A DNA stretch of 64,000 nt from Candidatus Omnitrophota bacterium. Lineage in GTDB: Bacteria; Omnitrophota; Gorgyraeia; DTHP01. Shown piece after piece: positions 11,025 to 19,708 of the stretch. Position numbers and translations under genes: made by a program. The stretch covers positions 11,231 to 75,230 of the forward strand of contig JAMWCW010000002.1 in NCBI GenBank assembly GCA_023819145.1, in the 5' to 3' direction. Within the stretch, counting starts at the first letter, position 1, and the number at the start of each line of letters is the position of its first letter. The notes below the pieces were generated by a model. The model was not told the origin of the DNA, ran no database searches, and worked only from the letters and a program-made list of their open reading frames with translations.

Positions 11025-11121
11025 GTCTGTTTTTATTGCTTTTACGCCGATTTAAAGACATTTTTGGTGATTTTAAATATTTAGTCAACATTAATCGCAT
11101 TATAACAAAATTTATCTTATT

Positions 11122-11904
11122 TTATCTTTTGTTATCTCCTATCAGTCTCAAACCTTCTAAGGTAAGGGTTTCCCTGAAAGGACCTAAGTCAGAGAGATAG
11201 GGATAGAATTTAAAAGCATCTCCACCAGTAAAAACCACTTTCTCTATTCCTTCCTTTTCCTTAAGAAGTTGGGTTAACTGCCGGGTCATGGCTAAAAAGC
11301 CATTAAAGATACCACTTAAGATGCTTTCTTTTGTAGAAACCCCAATAAGTCCTTTGGGGATTTCAAAGTTCATTTTCTTGGGAAGAAGGGCTGCCTTCGT
11401 ACATAAAGCTTCTAAAGAAGTTTTTAAACCTGGGAAAATCATCCCTCCTAAATACTCCCCCTTTTTTGAGACTACATCGAAAGTAACCGCGGTTCCAAAA
11501 TCTACTACCACTAAATTCCCTCCATAAAAAAAATAACCTGCATAGGCATTAACCAATCTATCTTGACCAACCTCTTTTGGTTTTTTGTAAAGATTTTTTA
11601 TGGGAACCAAGATGTTTTCTCCTAAAATAAATGGCTTTTTAGAAAAGAATTTCTGCAGGTCTTTTTTTATCCTTTTCAACCCCCCGGGGACAACACTGCA
11701 GATAACAATATCCTTAATTTCTTTCCAAGGAAATTTTTTTAAATATTTTAAATAATCTTTACTTTCTGTAAGAATTCTCCCTTTCCTAATGAGGTTTTCC
11801 TGCCTGAATACTCCGTAGGAGATATTGGTATTGCCAATGTCAATTGTCAATAACATAGCCGTTTCAGAAAAAGCGCAGCAGTTATAATTTTCTTTTAAAT
11901 TCAT
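11122..11904 (-). CDS. coaX: type III pantothenate kinase
   Basis: MLLTIDIGNTNISYGVF...VVVDFGTAVTFDVV...FTGGDA motifs of CoaX (Bvg accessory factor family). Confidence 0.9.
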   Translation of the reverse strand: MNLKENYNCCAFSETAMLLTIDIGNTNISYGVFRQENLIRKGRILTESKDYLKYLKKFPWKEIKDIVICSVVPGGLKRIKKDLQKFFSKKPFILGENILVPIKNLYKKPKEVGQDRLVNAYAGYFFYGGNLVVVDFGTAVTFDVVSKKGEYLGGMIFPGLKTSLEALCTKAALLPKKMNFEIPKGLIGVSTKESILSGIFNGFLAMTRQLTQLLKEKEGIEKVVFTGGDAFKFYPYLSDLGPFRETLTLEGLRLIGDNKR

Positions 11905-12232
11905 CCATTTCTAAATTCAAAAGACTAACCTTCTGTGCCAGTTCCTTATTCATTTCGGTTAAGCGAGTAACTACTACTGAAAAATGTAGTAATATTGCTA
12001 AAGAAAATAAAAAACCCAAGAGAAAGATCAAGGAAGGCGGATAGTGTACTCCTATCCATTCTGCCATCTTTTCCAACAAGCTTCTCCAGAAAGAAAGAAC
12101 AATTAAGACGATTGCTGTAATTAGCCAAATAACACTATATTGTATTCCCAACTTACGAATTTTAATTAGATGAAGTATGGAGACAAAGAGAAAAAAACTC
12201 GTTAAAATAGAAAAAATTTGTACCTTATTCAT
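11882..12232 (-). CDS. small polytopic membrane protein, DUF2304-like
   Basis: Three hydrophobic helices followed by an HFSVVVTRL...coiled-coil tail. This family is typically found beside GT2 glycosyltransferases. Confidence 0.5.
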   Translation of the reverse strand: MNKVQIFSILTSFFLFVSILHLIKIRKLGIQYSVIWLITAIVLIVLSFWRSLLEKMAEWIGVHYPPSLIFLLGFLFSLAILLHFSVVVTRLTEMNKELAQKVSLLNLEMDEFKRKL

Positions 12233-12241
12233 TTTACCTCC

Positions 12242-13696
12242 TTAAGAAGTAATGCACAAAAATCTTGAACTAAATCCTGAAAGGTTTAATATTTCTCTTT
12301 TAAAATCTTTTAAACTCTTAATATTTCTAATTTTTTCGCCAATAAACTTTACTCTAAGATAGAATTTCCGATAGGCATAAGAAAGTGCTTTATAAATCTC
12401 TTCTCCAGAAAGCTCGGGATATTCAAATACCGGCTCTTGCATGGGGTCATATTTTACCCAATCTCTAGTTTTTAAATAATTATTTTTTTCTAAAAAATCA
12501 TAAAGAGAAGTTCCAGGATGAGGAGTAGCAATTCCCAGTGCCATGTAATCGGGATTTAATCTCAAAACAAAATCAACGGTTTTCTTTATAGTTTCTTTTT
12601 TTTCTCCAGGCAAACCTAACATAAAATGGGTCATTACTTTGATTTTTTCTTTTTTAATTATGTTTACTGCCTCAACTACTTGCTCTAAGGTTATATTTTT
12701 TTTGATAGTTTTTAAAATCTCTTCGTCTCCGGTTTCTACGCCAATATCAATTGAACGACAGCCTGCGGATTTCATTAATTTTACTATTTCAGGATTTATT
12801 CTATCAACACGCGCCTCAGAAGACCAAGTAAGGCTAATTTTATTTTTTATCATTTCTTCAAATAATTTTTTTGCCCAATTTAGGTCATTGGTTAACCCTA
12901 AATCAAAAAAGCGCACTTCTTTTATTCCTAAATCTTGGAGCCACTTTAGTTCTTCAATAATTTTCTCAACGCTTCTTAATCTCAAAGGTTGATAAAATTT
13001 TGAACAGCAATAGATGCAGGAGTTAATACATCCTCTGCTTCCATAGGTAATAGTCATCGGAAAACGTTCGGTCAATGGGTCGTGATATATTTTAAAAGGA
13101 ATTTTATGATGGGAAGGAAAGCCTAAAAAATCTAAATTTTGTAATTTCCCTTTAGAGGGATTTTTATATATCTTGCCATCTTCGCGGAAACAAATCCCCG
13201 AAGTATTCCTGAAAGAAAAATCATTCTTAATTAGCTCTAAAATAATTATCTCTGGCTCATCAATGACTGCGACATTCAATTCAGGGAGAATCTCCAACGT
13301 CTCCTCAGGTAAAGCAACTACATGGGTCCCAATAGCTAGGGTTATAGTTGAAGGAGAAATTTGTTTAACAACCATTGCAGTATTTAAATCGTGAAGAATG
13401 GTGGTTGTAGAAGTAGTGAAAACTGCTAAACGAGGTTTAGTGAGCTTAATCATCTCTTCTACATCTTTCCAGGAGCCTTTAGTTCCATTAGCATCATAAA
13501 TAAAGCTTTTAATTTTTTCTTTAGTAAGTAAGCCATCAATAATCATTAAATCCAATGGTGGCCAAGCCATAGAGGTTTTATAGGTACCGATGCTTCCTAA
13601 AATTCTGATTACTCCTTTTTTATGTGGGGCTGGAGGTTCAATTAATAAAACATCACAAGACCCAATTTTTTGAATACGATAAAATTTATGCAACAT
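12242..13696 (-). CDS. B12-binding-domain radical SAM protein (class B)
   Basis: N-terminal cobalamin-binding-like Rossmann region followed by radical SAM CINSCIYC (CxxxCxxC) and a TIM-barrel region. 484 aa. Confidence 0.8.
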   Translation of the reverse strand: MLHKFYRIQKIGSCDVLLIEPPAPHKKGVIRILGSIGTYKTSMAWPPLDLMIIDGLLTKEKIKSFIYDANGTKGSWKDVEEMIKLTKPRLAVFTTSTTTILHDLNTAMVVKQISPSTITLAIGTHVVALPEETLEILPELNVAVIDEPEIIILELIKNDFSFRNTSGICFREDGKIYKNPSKGKLQNLDFLGFPSHHKIPFKIYHDPLTERFPMTITYGSRGCINSCIYCCSKFYQPLRLRSVEKIIEELKWLQDLGIKEVRFFDLGLTNDLNWAKKLFEEMIKNKISLTWSSEARVDRINPEIVKLMKSAGCRSIDIGVETGDEEILKTIKKNITLEQVVEAVNIIKKEKIKVMTHFMLGLPGEKKETIKKTVDFVLRLNPDYMALGIATPHPGTSLYDFLEKNNYLKTRDWVKYDPMQEPVFEYPELSGEEIYKALSYAYRKFYLRVKFIGEKIRNIKSLKDFKREILNLSGFSSRFLCITS

Positions 13697-13734
13697 TTTT
13701 TTAACTCTAAATACGGAAATCTAAATTCAGAAAA

Positions 13735-15144
13735 TTAACTACATATCATCTTAAAGAATTGCCTCAAGTTATATACGAAATCCTTTGGCCGATTCAGGAA
13801 ACGTCTAAAAGCAAAACCTAATAATTGTGGACGGAGATAATAACTCCTGTATGCGTATTTTACTGCTTTTTTTAATTCTTGGCTACTTAAATTTGGATAG
13901 TCAAAAATTCTTTTTAAGGGCATATAATCCTGCCAATTCTCAGTGTATAAAAATGTGTTTCTTTTAAGAAAATCGAAAAATTCTGTTCCCGGGTAAGGAA
14001 TTGCCATACTGAATTGAACAGTTGTTGGTTTTAATTCTTTTGCTAAACGGATAGTTTTTTTAATGGTTTCTCTATTTTCTCCTGGTAAGCCAAAGACAAA
14101 TGTCGCATGGATATGAAAACCTAAAGAACGCATTAAGGAAAAGGCTTTTTTTACTTTTTCGAATGAATAAGGCTTTTTTGCTTTCTTAAGTATTTCTTCA
14201 TCGCCACTCTCTACCCCTACTTTTAAAAGAAAACAACCTGCTTTACGCATTAGTCTTAATGTTTCTTCATCATAAAAATCTGCTCTTGCATAACAGGCCC
14301 AGTCCAATTTTATCCCCTTTTCCATAATCCCTTCACAAATTGCTCTCACATGATTTCTATCCACAGTCAATGTATCATCGTTAAACAAGATGCTTTTGAA
14401 ATTGAAATTATTTTTAATATAGCTCAATTCCCCTACTACTTCTTGAGGATTTCTCTTTCTATATCGCCTTCCTGTAAGCACCTGAGGCCAGTTACAAAAA
14501 ATACACTGATAATGACAACCTCTGCCTGCTAAAATAAAAGTAAAGGGATTTTTCAAGATTGGATCAAAATATTTATACTTATTCAAAATATCCCTTGCAG
14601 GATAAGGAAGAATGTCTAAATCCTCCAAAGGTTCTCTTGGAGGATTTATTTTGATTTTTCCTTGGAGAGTTCTCAATCCTATTCCCTTCGTCTCTGGATC
14701 ATCAGTTTTTAGATACTCATATAAAGAAATTTCGTATTCACCCCTAACTACTGCATCGATCCAGGGATATTTTAAAGCTTCTTCAGGTAAGGCAGAAACA
14801 TGAGTCCCAACAAAGATTATCTTTTTACCTCCTATTTCTTTAATTCTTTTAGCTACTTCTAAATCATTGAGCAAAGAAGGGGTAGAAGTCTCTATGACAA
14901 CTGTATCAAAATTCTCTTCTTTAATTATTCTAATAACTTCTTCTAACTCAATTCTTCCTGCAATTGCATCTATTAAATCTACATCAGATTTTTTTTCTCT
15001 TAAATAAGCACAAGCATAAGCAAGAAATAAGGGAGGATGTATGGTGTAAGTGGCATAACTAAAGGTAGGAAATCTTATTGGCCGATTAAATACCTTTTGA
15101 GAATCTAAAACTGGAGGGTTTAGAAAACAAATTTTTCTCAGCAT
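13735..15144 (-). CDS. B12-binding-domain radical SAM protein (class B), paralog of preceding gene
   Basis: Same architecture with CHYQCIFC radical SAM motif. 469 aa. Confidence 0.8.
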   Translation of the reverse strand: MLRKICFLNPPVLDSQKVFNRPIRFPTFSYATYTIHPPLFLAYACAYLREKKSDVDLIDAIAGRIELEEVIRIIKEENFDTVVIETSTPSLLNDLEVAKRIKEIGGKKIIFVGTHVSALPEEALKYPWIDAVVRGEYEISLYEYLKTDDPETKGIGLRTLQGKIKINPPREPLEDLDILPYPARDILNKYKYFDPILKNPFTFILAGRGCHYQCIFCNWPQVLTGRRYRKRNPQEVVGELSYIKNNFNFKSILFNDDTLTVDRNHVRAICEGIMEKGIKLDWACYARADFYDEETLRLMRKAGCFLLKVGVESGDEEILKKAKKPYSFEKVKKAFSLMRSLGFHIHATFVFGLPGENRETIKKTIRLAKELKPTTVQFSMAIPYPGTEFFDFLKRNTFLYTENWQDYMPLKRIFDYPNLSSQELKKAVKYAYRSYYLRPQLLGFAFRRFLNRPKDFVYNLRQFFKMICS

Positions 15145-15160
15145 AAAAATAAAATTATTG

Positions 15161-15886
15161 CTATTTTTTATTTAATCTCATCAACCAAAATAAATCAATA
15201 GTTAGAACTACAAAAATTTTAAATATATAAAATAATGACCTTCCAAAGGTGAAACTTGACTTCCCTTTAGTTCGTGGCCGCATCCTTACAGGAATTTCTT
15301 TTATCTTTAGATTATATTTAGTTAAAATTAAAAACTCTTCTATTTCTGGATAATCGTAGGGATATTTTTGGGTAAAGAGATTAATGACTCCTTTATTCAT
15401 TGCCCGGAATCCTGAGGTTGGGTCTTTAATAGTTTTTCTCAAATAGAAATAAAGGATACGGGAAATGATTTTAGAAGCAAATTTTCTTAAAAAAGATAAT
15501 TTATATCCGCTATTTTCTAAATATCTGGAACCTAAAGCTAAGTCACACTCTCCTGTTTTCAATGGCTGAAGGAGTTTGGGAATTTCCTCGGCTACATGTT
15601 GGCCATCGGCATCAAAATGAACTACATAGTCATAACCGTGTTGTTTAGCAAAGATATAGCCTGCCTGCAAAGCCACACCGAGGCCTAAATGAAAAGGTAA
15701 AGAAATGAGAAAATCAACCTTATCTTTAACTAAATATGTAGTTTTATCAATTGAACCATCGTCAACTAATAAAATTTCTCCTTCTGGAAAATAATTCCTT
15801 ATCTCTTCCATAACTTCTATAATACTTTCTTCCTCGTTGTAAGCAGGGACAATTACCAAGATTTTCTCTTTCATCTTATAAAACAA
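15161..15886 (-). CDS. GT2 glycosyltransferase, polyprenyl-phosphate sugar synthase (DPM1/GtrB/ArnC-like) with C-terminal TM
   Basis: ILVIVPAYNEEESI...LVDDGS...DADGQH motifs of GT-A fold GT2. Single C-terminal TM. Confidence 0.8.
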   Translation of the reverse strand: MFYKMKEKILVIVPAYNEEESIIEVMEEIRNYFPEGEILLVDDGSIDKTTYLVKDKVDFLISLPFHLGLGVALQAGYIFAKQHGYDYVVHFDADGQHVAEEIPKLLQPLKTGECDLALGSRYLENSGYKLSFLRKFASKIISRILYFYLRKTIKDPTSGFRAMNKGVINLFTQKYPYDYPEIEEFLILTKYNLKIKEIPVRMRPRTKGKSSFTFGRSLFYIFKIFVVLTIDLFWLMRLNKK

Positions 15887-16800
15887 AAGAATTTAAAAAC
15901 CCCAAAAAGTAACCCTGCTCCCCTCCAGAAATCTCTTAAAAAAAATATATATAAGAGAAGGAGGTATTTTGTTTTTTTAATGTACCAGAAAATTCTTAAA
16001 GTACGAAACAACTCTATAAATGAGAGGGGAAGAATAGCAAAACTTAAAGCAAGAACAGGAGAAAAATAATCTAAAAAATTGCTATAGTCATCCCCTTTTA
16101 TCATCCCTATATGGTCACGATACAATTTTACTCTCCAAAAGCCATGCCAGAATTGATGTCTGAGATAGGGGAAAATTCTCTCCGGATAATGATGATAAAC
16201 TAAAGCATTCGGTTCAAAAATTAATCCATATCCCTTTTTCAGTAAACGGTAAGATAAATCATTATCTTCTCCGCTGGCAGTAAGATAAGATTCATCAAAT
16301 CCATCTAACTCAATGAGGATCTCTTTACGAATAGCTAAATTGTAGGAACCAAGGGCTTTGACCTTCCGAGGCATCTCCCGGTGACGCCATAAAATTTCTG
16401 TATGGATAAGGCTAGCTAAAATACTTTCTTGATTTTTTATCCCATAAGAACCCCCCACAGCCCCAATTTTTCCCCGGTTAAAATTTTTTAACAAAGATAT
16501 AATCCATTTTTCATCAGGGACACAATCGCTATCGGTAAATAAAATAATTTCACCCTTGGCTTCCTTACATCCTCTATTTCTGGCTTTCGCTGGACCAGAA
16601 CGTGGTTGTTGAAAATAACGCACAGGGAATTTTTTCACTAACTCTTTTGTATTATCTTGAGAACCATCGTCAACAAAAATAATCTCATATAAATCTTGAG
16701 GATAATCTTGATTTAGACAAGCCAAAAGAGTTTCTGCTATGGTTTTAGCACAGTTATGTCCGGGGATCACAATACTTACTTTGGGCAACATCTTTCTCAC
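15871..16800 (-). CDS. GT2 family glycosyltransferase with C-terminal membrane segment
   Basis: VSIVIPGHNCAKTI...IIFVDDGSQDNT...FTDSDC (DxD-like) motifs. Hydrophobic C-terminus. Confidence 0.8.
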   Translation of the reverse strand: MRKMLPKVSIVIPGHNCAKTIAETLLACLNQDYPQDLYEIIFVDDGSQDNTKELVKKFPVRYFQQPRSGPAKARNRGCKEAKGEIILFTDSDCVPDEKWIISLLKNFNRGKIGAVGGSYGIKNQESILASLIHTEILWRHREMPRKVKALGSYNLAIRKEILIELDGFDESYLTASGEDNDLSYRLLKKGYGLIFEPNALVYHHYPERIFPYLRHQFWHGFWRVKLYRDHIGMIKGDDYSNFLDYFSPVLALSFAILPLSFIELFRTLRIFWYIKKTKYLLLLYIFFLRDFWRGAGLLFGVFKFFCFIR

Positions 16801-16821
16801 TACCCTCTACTCACTTACTCG

Positions 16822-18801
16822 CTACTTATTACTTTTAGCCATCGCCTTCAATTCTTTTATCTGGTCTCTGATTATTGCCGCACGTTCAAACTGAAGGTTT
16901 CTTGCCGCCAAATTCATCTCCTCTTGTAACTGCGCAATGACCTCTCCAATATCTGTTCTCTCTTCAGAAACCCCGGTCAATTTCTTCACAAACTCTTTTG
17001 TCTCTTCAATAATTTCAATATAGTCTTTTACTTCCTTTTCAATAGAACGCGGAGTAATATTGTGTCTACGATTATATTCTAACTGAGCTTCCCTTCTTCT
17101 CTTTGTTTCTTCAATTGCCCGCTGCATAGAACCCGTAATATTATCCGCATACATAATTACCTTGCCGTTGACATTTCTTGCAGCGCGACCGGCTACCTGA
17201 ATTAAAGAAACCTGACTGCGCAGAAATCCCTCTTTATCTGCATCAAGGATTGCTACCAGAGAGACTTCCGGTAAATCAAGCCCCTCGCGTAGGAGATTTA
17301 TTCCCACCAGACAATCAAATTCTCCTTTTCTTAAATCCCGTAAAATCTTTACCCTTTCCAGAGGCTCAATCTCTGAATGGAGATATTTTACACTCAAGCC
17401 CATTTCTTGAAGATAACCTGCTAAGTCCTCAGCCATTCTTTTGGTTAAGGTGGTAACCAGAACGCGTTCTCTTTTTTCTGCTCGTTTTTGTATTTCTTCC
17501 ATTAAATCGTCTATCTGACCCTCTGTAGGTTTAACTATAATCTCCGGGTCTACAAGCCCCGTAGGACGAATTAACTGTTCCACAACTATTCCTTTACTTT
17601 TTTCAATTTCATACTCATCGGGGGTAGCGGAGACAAAAATAATCTGTTTTACCAGAGCCTCAAATTCCTCAAATTTCAAAGGGCGGTTATCCAAACAAGA
17701 CGGAAGTCTAAAGCCGTATTCCACAAGAGTCTCTTTACGCGAACGGTCTCCTTCATACATTCCTCTCAACTGGGGTATAGTAACATGTGACTCATCAATA
17801 ACCACTAAAAAATCTTCAGGAAAATAATCTATTAAACAATAGGGCCTGCTTCCTGGCGGACGTCCGGAAATATGCCGAGCGTAATTTTCTATACCGTGAC
17901 AATACCCCACTTCTCTAAACATCTCAATATCATATTTTGTTCGAGATTCTAAGCGAGTTGCTTCGAGCAATTTATTTTCTTTTCTTAATTCATAGAGACG
18001 TTCTTTCAATTCTGCTTCGATTGAGGTAATCGCCCTTTCAATTCTATCTTGAGAAGTGACAAAATGCTTTGCCGGATAAATACCAATTTTATCCAGTTTA
18101 GTAATTGTATCACCAGTTAGATAATTTAGTTGTTTTATTTCTTCAATTTCATCACCATCTAACTTTATTTTTAAAAGAGTATCTTCGTAAGCAGGAAATA
18201 TCTCAAGAGTATCACCGCGTACGCGGAATTTACCACGGCTTAAATTAACGTCGTTTCTTTCATAAAGCATCCAAACCAAATGGCGAATTATGTCTTCTCT
18301 AAGAACTCTCTTCCCTTTTTCCAGAAAAAGAAGTAAATCCCGATATTCCTCGGGAGAACCAAGGTTATAAATACAAGAAACAGATGCTACAATAATCACG
18401 TCTCTACGTGACATGAGTACACTAGTACTGGCTAATCTCAGTTTATCCAACTCTTCATTTATGGAAGCATCCTTTTCTATATATGTGTCTGTTTGAGGAA
18501 TGTACGCCTCAGGTTGGTAATAATCGTAATAACTGACGAAATACTCCACCGCATTATAAGGAAAAAACTCCTTAAATTCTCGATATAATTGTGCGGCCAA
18601 AGTTTTATTATGGGAAATTACTAAAGTTGGTTTATTAAGTTTAGCGATTACATTAGCAATGGTAAAAGTTTTTCCACTTCCTGTAACTCCCAAGAGAGTT
18701 TGGAATTTTTCTCCATTTAGAAAATTATGGATTAATTTATTTATTGCCTGAGGTTGGTCTCCACATGGCCTATAACTACTTACTAACTTAAATTTTTCCA
18801 T
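16822..18801 (-). CDS. uvrB: excinuclease ABC subunit B
   Basis: [10 protein letters not shown] Walker A, helicase motifs, C-terminal UVR domain ([13 protein letters not shown]). Confidence 0.97.
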   Translation of the reverse strand: MEKFKLVSSYRPCGDQPQAINKLIHNFLNGEKFQTLLGVTGSGKTFTIANVIAKLNKPTLVISHNKTLAAQLYREFKEFFPYNAVEYFVSYYDYYQPEAYIPQTDTYIEKDASINEELDKLRLASTSVLMSRRDVIIVASVSCIYNLGSPEEYRDLLLFLEKGKRVLREDIIRHLVWMLYERNDVNLSRGKFRVRGDTLEIFPAYEDTLLKIKLDGDEIEEIKQLNYLTGDTITKLDKIGIYPAKHFVTSQDRIERAITSIEAELKERLYELRKENKLLEATRLESRTKYDIEMFREVGYCHGIENYARHISGRPPGSRPYCLIDYFPEDFLVVIDESHVTIPQLRGMYEGDRSRKETLVEYGFRLPSCLDNRPLKFEEFEALVKQIIFVSATPDEYEIEKSKGIVVEQLIRPTGLVDPEIIVKPTEGQIDDLMEEIQKRAEKRERVLVTTLTKRMAEDLAGYLQEMGLSVKYLHSEIEPLERVKILRDLRKGEFDCLVGINLLREGLDLPEVSLVAILDADKEGFLRSQVSLIQVAGRAARNVNGKVIMYADNITGSMQRAIEETKRRREAQLEYNRRHNITPRSIEKEVKDYIEIIEETKEFVKKLTGVSEERTDIGEVIAQLQEEMNLAARNLQFERAAIIRDQIKELKAMAKSNK

Positions 18802-18826
18802 ATAAGTTCTTTATTGACGCAATGAA

Positions 18827-19708
18827 TTAGAAAAGTTCAAGAGAAAAATCTATTGATGGGGAGGAGTGAGTCAGCTGGCCAATAGATATTCTTTCTATCC
18901 CTGTAGAAGCAAAAGTACGCACATTTTTAAGATTTATACCCCCAGATACTTCTAATTGTGTAGTTTTAGAAATTCTGTTTCTGATGCTTACTGCCTTTTT
19001 TATTTCTTTGATGCTCATGTTATCCAACATAATTATATCGGGCTTTGCCTGCAAAACCATCTTAAACTCCTTAATATTTCCTACCTCTATTTCTATATCC
19101 ACATCTTTAGGAATTTTCTTTCTTATCCTCTTAATCAGATTTTTTATATTTGATTCTTGATATCTAATATTCTTTAGATGGTTATCCTTAATCAACACAC
19201 CATCACTTAAATCCATGCGATGATTACTCCCCCCACCTACTCTTACAGCATATTTTTCTAGAATTCTTATCCCCGGCGTAGTCTTACGCGTATCTAATAT
19301 TTTTACTTTGTAAGGATGAACTATTTCTACAAATTTTCTTGTCATTGTAGCAATTCCAGAGAGACGCATCAAAAAGTTTAGAGCAGTGCGCTCTCCATAA
19401 AGAATCTTCTTAATACTCCCTACTATCAGGGCTACTTTTTCACCTTTTTTCACCACTCTTCCGTCATGAGTAAGCTTTTTAAATTTAGTATTTTTGTCCA
19501 ACAGAAAAAATGCTCTTTTGACAACATCCAAACCCGCAATTATTCCTCTTTCTTTAGCAATAATTACCGCTTTTACTATTTTATCTTCAGGAAATAGAAG
19601 TTTAGTAGTAATATCTTTGCTTACCTTATCTTCAGATAAGGCCTGTTTAATTATTTTGTCTATAAGCTCAATATTTATTCCTGAAGTTCTACTAAATACT
19701 TTTCCCAT
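18827..19708 (-). CDS. nadC: nicotinate-nucleotide pyrophosphorylase (quinolinate phosphoribosyltransferase)
   Basis: GERTALNFL...LDTRKTTPG...LIKDNH motifs of NadC. Its 5' end overlaps the valS 3' end, so the true start is probably an internal Met. Confidence 0.9.
   Translation of the reverse strand: MGKVFSRTSGINIELIDKIIKQALSEDKVSKDITTKLLFPEDKIVKAVIIAKERGIIAGLDVVKRAFFLLDKNTKFKKLTHDGRVVKKGEKVALIVGSIKKILYGERTALNFLMRLSGIATMTRKFVEIVHPYKVKILDTRKTTPGIRILEKYAVRVGGGSNHRMDLSDGVLIKDNHLKNIRYQESNIKNLIKRIRKKIPKDVDIEIEVGNIKEFKMVLQAKPDIIMLDNMSIKEIKKAVSIRNRISKTTQLEVSGGINLKNVRTFASTGIERISIGQLTHSSPSIDFSLELF

Noticed and set aside
11946-12128. 60-aa ORF nested in the DUF2304 gene
   Set aside because: Alternative frame inside a longer, more plausible membrane-protein ORF.
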